From the NCBI RefSeq assembly GCF_001194135.2, contig NC_068982.1, forward strand, positions 61,032,546 to 61,096,545: 64,000 bases of DNA. The letters are read 5' to 3'. This DNA is from Octopus bimaculoides. Taxonomy: Eukaryota. Of this stretch, positions 55,398 to 64,000 are shown piece by piece. The stretch's first letter is position 1. Each line of letters starts with the position of its first letter. The translations under genes and the position numbers were made by a program. The notes under the pieces are model-generated. The model was given only the letters and a program-made list of their open reading frames with translations. It was not told the DNA's origin and did not search any database.

Positions 55398-57130
55398 TGT
55401 ATGTGTGTGTGCACACATGCATTCACATGCACACACACATGTATACCCTAGTGTGTCAGTAATGGGAAGCCAGTAAGTAGTAGGTTTAGGGTTTTACAGT
55501 TCAAAACATGTTGCAGTCTATTCAGGCATTCATATGTTGTTTATAATTGAGTATGCATATTAAAAGGGCCATCTAAACAGTATGATATCAATAAATAGCA
55601 GTAACTTCTTAGATACTACATACAGTGCAAGCTTATGGATCACATAAAAGAAACTAAGAAGGGATTTTAGAAGTCAAGCTAATTTTTGTGTCCTATGTTC
55701 ATTCCCTTCCCACTAGTATTGTGAACATCCTGTTTTCATTTTTCCTTTCACATTAGATCTATTCATCCCCTATTCTCTACCTTTTCTGCTCCCTTCTACT
55801 CTCTCTTTCTCTCCACCCCCACATATTCTTTTTCCTCTCTTTCCCACACAATCTCACTCTATCCTTTCTTTTCTTTTACTCTTACTATAACCCATATGCT
55901 GTTTCTTCTTCTAGTCCTTCTGTTGCACTTTTCAACTTCATTTTTCACTAGGCCTGCCATGTGAATAGATGTCTTAAATTTTACAACAGTTTATTTTCTT
56001 CTCTATGATAAAAGGCTTTCATCTGAAAAATAAGATTATATTTTGTTTCTTCCTTGTCATATTTATATTTATTTATTTTCATTATACATTTCTTTCATTG
56101 CTTTTGTTTTCATGGTTTATATTTCTTAATTTTTCAGTTACATGTTTCACTTGTCTCACTCCATGTATCATCTGCATAATTTTTATCAATCTGTCAATAT
56201 GTGTGTATATATAAAACCACATTATGCTATGTCCTCCTCACTCTCTCTCTCTCTCAGTCATAGCAAAATGTGATAAGAGATTTACAGAATTAAAAATACA
56301 CTTGTAGTGATGAGAAAAAAAAATCATTATCTATGATTAATTTTTGTCAAGAAAAACATAGAAGACAACCTTGTAATTTAAATTAATAAAAAATTATTTA
56401 TTAATAGTTTATGTTATTTATAGATATTTTGGTTTGTAGTTATTTTGTCTGTTTTATATTTATAAAAACGTTCGCCAAAAACCAAAATTAGAATACATGG
56501 AATCAAAATATGCAGAAAATTTTTTAAAAAATATGTAAAGATTTTACTGTATATCACATGTGGGTCTTCATTTTTGAGGGAAAGATAAAGAAATTGAGAG
56601 AAGAGAGAAAGAGAAAAGTTAGAAATTAAGGCTTAGATGTATATTTATTTTTTATATTTTCTGTTTCCACAAAGCTACAAAATGAAACCCTCACTTAGAT
56701 TTACTTAAAAGAAGAGTGTTGTTGATGCAAGTAGTTTAGTGACACTCCCTAACAGATATATAAACTGTTTTGTAAACATTTCAGCTTGTTGCAATATCCA
56801 AGTAGATGGGCAATGTATTCATCTGTGATATTGATTTAATATTCACTATTTCAACAACTCTCAATGTTTTCTTACTGGGTATTATGCAGCTCTATCGCTT
56901 TCTGTCTTACTAAAGTGAGAAATTACAAAGTTGCTGCTTGGCATATGATTGCACCAGTACAAGAGGGCTTTTAGGTTCTTGGTTAAATGAGATTTTTGCA
57001 TTTGACAGTAAGAAATAATTTGATATTTTCAATTGAGAGGCTCTCAACCATAAACAAAATGATTATCATATAGACTGCTATGTGGCTCCAGGTAATGCTT
57101 AAAATGCACACCACACATATAATACATACA

Positions 57131-57189
<59 letters not shown>

Positions 57190-57713
57190 ACTTTATATAT
57201 ATATATATATATTTATACATACATACATTATACATGTGTGTGAGTGTGTGTATGAGTATGTATGTAGTGTACGTGATATGGAAGGAGTTGCAGCAGTATA
57301 CTTTTGACACACAATGTCCCCTATGATTTAATGGCAGCAGTGTCCAAGAATTCTAAGCATCTCAGAAATTAAATCAAACATAACCTATGTATTTTATGGT
57401 TGTATGTTTGTAGTAGATGCACAGACACTTGTGTATTTCTTTGACATATCAATATATTCGGTTGTATTAGTATTTACGAAAACCTTATAGAATTCTTTAA
57501 GTTTGGGTCATTTTTTGGAAAACAGCCAATAAACTTTGGAGACAACAAATGTTCTTGCTATCATTTATTCTTCTACTTCAAAGATCTAGCTTACAATTCA
57601 TAACTATGACCTTTAAGTAAATTTGAACATCTTTAATAGTTATCAATAAAAATAAACATCATTTTTTTATGATGCCACAAACATATATATATATATATAT
57701 GTGTGTGTGTGCA

Positions 57714-57789
<76 letters not shown>

Positions 57790-58457
57790 NNNNNNNNNNN
57801 NNNNNNNNNNNNNNNNNNNNNNNNNNNNNNNNNNNNNNNNNNNNNNNNNNNNNNNNNNNNNNNNNNNNNNNNNNNNNNNNNNNNNNNNNNNNNNNNNNNN
57901 NNNNNNNNNNNNNNNNNNNNNNNNNNNNNNNNNNNNNNNNNNNNNNNNNNNNNNNNNNNNNNNNNNNNNNNNNNNNNNNNNNNNNNNNNNNNNNNNNNNN
58001 NNNNNNNNNNNNNNNNNNNNNNNNNNNNNNNNNNNNNNNNNNNNNNNNNNNNNNNNNNNNNNNNNNNNNNNNNNNNNNNNNNNNNNNNNNNNNNNNNNNN
58101 NNNNNNNNNNNNNNNNNNNNNNNNNNNNNNNNNNNNNNNNNNNNNNNNNNNNNNNNNNNNNNNNNNNNNNNNNNNNNNNNNNNNNNNNNNNNNNNNNNNN
58201 NNNNNNNNNNNNNNNNNNNNNNNNNNNNNNNNNNNNNNNNNNNNNNNNNNNNNNNNNNNNNNNNNNNNNNNNNNNNNNNNNNNNNNNNNNNNNNNNNNNN
58301 NNNNNNNNNNNNNNNNNNNNNNNNNNNNNNNNNNNNNNNNNNNNNNNNNNNNNNNNNNNNNNNNNNNNNNNNNNNNNNNNNNNNNNNNNNNNNNNNNNNN
58401 NNNNNNNNNNNNNNNNNNNNNNNNNNNNNNNNNNNNNNNNNNNNNNNNNNNNNNNNN

Positions 58458-58592
58458 GCTGCCGTGGATTAGCTCCAAGAGGCCATCGCCTCTAGCTAGC
58501 TATGTGACACACGAATCTGTGTCCTTTATAAGGATTCATGTGTCACATAGCTAGCTAGAGGTGATGGCCTCTTGGAGCTAATCCATGGCAGC
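58458..58592. repeat. Palindrome with arms of at least 60 bp and a 15-nt spacer, left arm abutting a gap
   Basis: 58458-58517 and 58533-58592 are reverse complements with 3 mismatches. Confidence 0.93.
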
Positions 58593-60582
58593 ATTCGTCC
58601 TATATTTGGGACTGCCATGTTGGCTTGGCGATAATTATTAATATCCAGTACCGCTGCCGTAGTCTCCTTTAGAGAGACTTAGAAATATTAATATCTCTCT
58701 CTCTCTCTATATATATATATATAGCATTTTATTTTGTTACAATTTTGTTTTTATATATTTTAATAATATCTCTGGTATCCTGCCATGAATGAATGAATGA
58801 ATGAATGCCTGCATGCATACATACACATTTACATACAAAACTATGCATGCCTTAAATGTTATATTCAAATCCGCCTCTTATATAACAAGCCATAGAACTT
58901 ATATGTAAATGAATTTCACATTATGTTTCTCAAAAATAACTGGAACACTGTTTCACCCTCAATGTGCATCATTCCCAGTTGAATTTAATATTATTGTATG
59001 CATGGGTTGTAGATATATGTGTGCATGTTTGTCCACACACACACACATGTATATATACAAACACATACAACAAGCTTCTTACAGTTTCATTCTACCAATT
59101 TCATTCACTAGACATTGGTTGGCCTAAGGCTACAGCAGAAGACACTTGCCAGAATGTCTAGTAGGATTGAACCAGAAACAATGCCTGCATCATGCATGCA
59201 TGTATGCATATGAAGAGCTTTGCACAGTTTTCACCAACCATAGTCATTTAGTTCAACACTTTACTAATTCTGTTATTCCAGCTATGCTTTCACACATACA
59301 CGCATACACATTTTCTTACAAATCAATTCTTAGTGACAACTAGTTTATAAGTAGTAGATACATATGACAAAAATAAAAAATAGAAAAAAACACAATTGAT
59401 TTCAACACTTAATGAAAATCACAAAATTTTCATAAAGAAAAAGGTATATTATATTTCATTATTATTGTCAAAAAGACAAGTATTTGTGATAGAAAGATGA
59501 AGATAAGAACATAAGGAAAAAAGAAGTAGAAATTGATGGAATAGAGAAAGCAAATATGGTTAAAAGAGAAAAAGAAGGAAGCAAGATGATGCAATTTGTT
59601 TTGATGGTAAAATTAAATTGATTGTTGCTAAAGAGCTCTTTAGTGAGAAAGGAGACAAATATGACAGTTAATAGAATCATTGAAAAGACTCAAAGGAATG
59701 ACTTTTTTTTTATTATTATTATTGGATATAGAAGAGTATATTTAACTTTATCAATTACAATTAATTAATTTGGCACCATTTTCTTGATGTCTATAAATCT
59801 ATAGACCATTTGAGTACAAGTTAAATACTATATTGATATCTTCTGCGTATCACAATGTTCAAACACTGATAAGTTCTGTATATACAATCTGGTTGTAGTT
59901 CTGTGTCTGGTGATGTGAAGACCAGTCTATTCATGTAATATGACAAGGGTTATTAGTAAACTTAAAAGGCATCCAGTGCATGCTGTGAAAGGGTTAGCCA
60001 TACGAAGAGTATCAAGCCATATAAGCCTTGCCAAAAAGATAAGAAAACATGGAGAAATAAATTCCACATGTGACAGTGAAAACAATTATCTGGAAGAGCA
60101 GTAATTCTGAATAAAAGCTGAGAGAGAGGAGTGGAGATACTTTGTTCCTAAACCTCACTAATGTTGGTAGAATAATAATATGTAACCAATTCATGGTGGT
60201 ATAGTGGCCATCAAAAGAAAAGGTATATATATATATATATACCTGATGACCGAGGACTGTAAAAGACCAGTTCAACCCATGCCAGCATGGAAAAACAAAC
60301 ATGTGATAGTGGTTATGGTCATCATCATCATGGTGGTGGTGGTGTTCTTGACAACACATATTTAATTATTTTCAATCAGCAGAAGTTACAATGTAACTCA
60401 AAGACCAAGTGTTTTGTGTTTGCCATTTATGAAAGATCCATGCACAAAACTCTCAGCCCTTAAATCACTTTATAACTTCTACCTTTTAAAAATAACAAAA
60501 TATTATATATACGCTCCTGTATTAAGTTCTAAGAAGTGGTGCATGGTACCAGGTTTACATAATGGATGCATTTCCAATTATA

Positions 60583-60800
60583 CAAGGAGGGTGCTGAAAA
60601 GTGCCAGGCTTTAAGTAAAAGAAAATACAGGAGGATCAGTTAATTATGATTTTATTCAGCATATTCCTCTCTCAGATTCACACACTTATTGCAGCGGTCC
60701 TTCAGTTTTTCTAAGCCCTGTAAAAAAATTGGGAAGGTTGAGCCTCTGACCAGGTCTTTCACCATACCCTTAAAGCCAGGAACTTTCCAGCACCCCCTCA
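60583..60800 (+). mobile_element. Mariner-type MITE (~218 bp)
   Basis: TIRs caaggagggtgctgaaaagtgccaggctttaag / cttaaagccaggaactttccagcaccccctca with TA on both sides. Confidence 0.85.
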
Positions 60801-62954
60801 TATATATATATACTAGCTGGACCATAAAAATGTAAGCATCTGTAAATTGTGTGCTGGTGCCATGAGAAATGTTTCTATATTGTGACACTTAGAGAATATA
60901 GAAAGAATTGTAAAACTGATAACTATATAATCCAACCAAAATATCTGTTACGGAAATGTGAACAGAATTACTATTTAGCCTTAAAATACATCGTACATAT
61001 TCAAAGAACCTTCTTTGTTTAATGGTACAGAACATTCTTTTATTCTTTTGTTTCAGTCATATGACTGTGGGCATGCTGGAGCACCACCCTTTAGTCAAAG
61101 AAATTGACCCCTAGACTTATTCCCTGTAAGCCTGGTGCTTATTCTATCAGCTCTTCTGCCAAACAACTAAGTTACGGGGACATAAACACACCAACATTTG
61201 TTGTCGTGCGATGGTGGTAGGGGGACAAACACAGACACACAAACATAAATACATACATGTATGACGGGCTTCTTTCAGTTTCCATCTACCAAATACACTG
61301 ACAAGGCTTTGGTCGGCCCGAGGCTATAGTAGAAGACACTCTTTAAGGAATAGAGTTGAATTTCGTGTAGCCACCTGTTGGCAACTTTTCTCCCCAACCC
61401 ATTTTTCTCCCCAACTCATTTTTCCGGGCTCTTTTCACAGCTGTAGCCCATTCAAAATTTGCATTAGTTTTTATATGACAAAAAAAAAAAAAGGAAGGGA
61501 GTGGGGGAGGTGGGGAGGGTGCTGTCTGTAGTTTGTAGAGAAAACGTTAAACATGCCTGAAAATAAAACATGATCTTTCCTCCCCACTAAAAGACATGAA
61601 AAACTATCAAACAAGGCAAATAAGTACCGGGGGTGGAGGAAAGAAGAGGGAACAAACACTCGATCCTTCTGGAACTCACAAAATGAAAACATAAACACAT
61701 GAAAGACTTTCCCTCTATTTATTACTAAATGTCTTTCTCTCTTCTTCGTTGTTAAAAGTAAAGAAGCTAGAAAAGATCAATCATATTTCAGTCTAATTGT
61801 CATTTTAAATGACTACGGCTTTGCTTTCTCTGTCTCTATCGCTTCACTCCTTTTCTCTACGGTTAAGAGAGTGAAGGTGCGTGACTCAGTGGTTAGGGGC
61901 ATTCGACCCATGATTGTAAAGTCATGAGTACAATTCCCGACAGTGCACGGTGTTCTTGAGCAAGGTACTCTACTTCACCTTGCTGCAGTCCACTCAGCTG
62001 ACAAAAATGAGTTATAGCTGTAATTCAAAGAAGCCAGCCTTGTCACATCCTGTATGAGGCTGAATCTCCTTGAGAACTACCTTATAGTATGCATGTCTGA
62101 GGAGTACTCAGCCACTTGCACATTAATTTTTCAAGCAGACTGTTCTGTTGATCAGATAAACCGGAACCTCATTGTCATAACCAACAGAGTGCCATTCTTT
62201 AAAAAGTGTGAAAGAAAAGGAAATGTTCCATATCGTAAGGCAAAAATGTCATGTGTTTAGTATAAGCAGTGAAAACTAAGATGAAATAATTGCTACTCTG
62301 TCGTGTAGTGACTTCGCCCTCGACTCATGCTCAGTTTGATAACAACAACTTGCGCATTGGTGTTTATCTGGGGACTTGGCCTCCAAATTTGTGAGACCCA
62401 CAAATGCTGCTGTTAGGACTGGATTAACACCTGTAGTGACCCTAGTGACTAAAAAGATTTTCCTGCTCCTATATAGGTTCTTTTTCCATTTTCTTCCAAC
62501 CACTTGAAGGTTTATTTTTCAACATTCCACTCAGCTGGCCAAAATGAGTTGTAGCTGTAATTCAAAAGGGGCCAACCTTGTTATATTCTATATGAGGCTG
62601 AATCTCCCTGAGAACTACGTTAATGGTATGCATGTCTGTGGAGTACTTAGCCACTTGTGAGTTAATTTTATCCTCATGTGATAATGAGAAGTGAAAGTGA
62701 CACCCAATATTTACTGTAATTATTTGTCCTTGATTTAACAATGTGTCTATGTATCTACTTTTCTTTTGATCAATGCATCTACTTTTCTTGCAATGTATGT
62801 ATCAGTCTACTCTGAAAATACTGATAAACATTTCAAAACACAAAACGAAAGCCACTTGCCTTTCAATCACCACTCACTATCTCTCTCACTCTCACTCTCT
62901 TTCTGATTCACTTCCTTTCCTGTCCTTCCTCTCTTCCACTTTTAATTTAACAAT

Positions 62955-63404
62955 GTGTGTATGTATCATGGCTTTGGGTTCAGTGTCTTCTATTATAGCC
63001 TCAGGCTGACCAAAGCCTTGTGAGTGGACTTAGTAGATGGAAACTGAAAGAAGCCCATCATGTGTATATATACATATATNNNNNNNNNNNNNNNNNNNNN
63101 NNNNNNNNNNNNNNNNNATATATATATATATATAATTCTTTCTGCTTCCCTCGCATACTGTTTTTCTCTGTTATATTGGTGCGCTACAGTGGATTAATTT
63201 AAGACTTAGCTCTTATTTCTAGCAGGTAGATGCTTATTAAGCATCATTACGCTTTGTGCAAATTTATAATTCATAGCTGTTAAAGCTATTATGACTGCGA
63301 TCCACCCATGCCACTACTGGTGATACCATCAAATTTTGAATTTATCCACAGATGATATGAACAGTAGTGACATCTAACTTCAAATTTCAGTGTTTGAATG
63401 TTTC

Positions 63405-63462
<58 letters not shown>

Positions 63463-63670
63463 GTGTATGTCTGTGTTTATCCCCCACAATCGCTTGACAA
63501 CTGATGTTGGTGTGTTTACGTACCCATAACTTAGCAGTTTAGCAAAAAAGACCAATAGAATAAGCACTAGGCTTACAAAGAATAAATCCTGGGGGCGATT
63601 TATCCAACTAAAGGTGCGGCTTCAGCATGGCTGCAGTCAATTGACTGAAACAAGTAAAAGAATAAAAGAA
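62955..63670 (+). mobile_element. Family A SINE with ~280-bp foreign insert in its central (TA)n
   Basis: Head about 62955-63060, gap 63080-63117, unrelated sequence about 63133-63408, (TA)n, tail about 63460-63670. Confidence 0.75.
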
Positions 63671-64000
63671 TATGTGTCTTTTTCTTTCGATGTATATACA
63701 TCAGTCTACTCTGAAAATACTGATAAACATTTAAAAACAAATAAAAAAGGAATGCCACCTTCCTTTCAGTTACCACTTACTGTCTCTCTCACCCTCTCTC
63801 TTTCTCTCTGTCCTCCTTTCTCCCACTTTGCCATTCACCTCAAGTATACAGCGTCTGCTTAATACCTTTTATTTCTCTTTTTCTTTGTACCTCTCCCTTC
63901 AACCTTTTTACTTCTTCTTTTGAAGTAAGTGTGACACACACCACTAGTATGTACGTACAAAAACAGAAAGCTGGCATATTAATTATATATATATATATAT

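Noticed and set aside
23062-58554. Long ORFs (240-370 aa) in the ORF track
   Set aside because: They consist of N-gap X residues and microsatellite translations ([12 protein letters not shown]).
58458-58680. HDV-like, twister or hammerhead ribozyme (CGAA and UCCACG motifs present)
   Set aside because: Could not build P1/P3/L3 of an HDV fold, the twister pseudoknots, or a CUGANGA core on either strand.
61670-61700. Possible short first coding exon on the minus strand (ATG TTT TCA TTT T|gtgagt) for MRPS16
   Set aside because: Too short to test, and the middle exon is missing, so it cannot be linked.

Overview
AT-rich, gap-containing eukaryotic genomic DNA packed with microsatellites and short interspersed repeats. 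The repeat landscape looks like an octopod cephalopod (Octopus); this is an inference from recognised SINE and RTE-tail sequences, not a database result. The only supportable host-gene sequence is a minus-strand terminal exon of mitochondrial ribosomal protein S16 (MRPS16, 12688-12815). Its upstream exons are not visible, so much of the window may be one long intron. The rest is transposon debris: several tRNA-derived SINE families, RTE LINE 3' ends, four mariner-type elements or MITEs, a decayed Tigger/pogo transposase, hAT-Charlie and TTAA-type MITEs, and a Penelope-like RT fragment. The most interesting observation is a complete type I hammerhead ribozyme core on the minus strand (33949-34045). 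It has a palindromic stem III loop (Penelope-type, dimer-cleaving class) but an unusually long 53-nt stem II insert. It forms one arm of a 257-bp near-perfect palindrome inserted in the central (TA)n tract of a SINE. Other fold-back segments beside (TA)n runs (9.9-10.1 kb, 58.5 kb) suggest microsatellite-associated fold-back insertions recur here.
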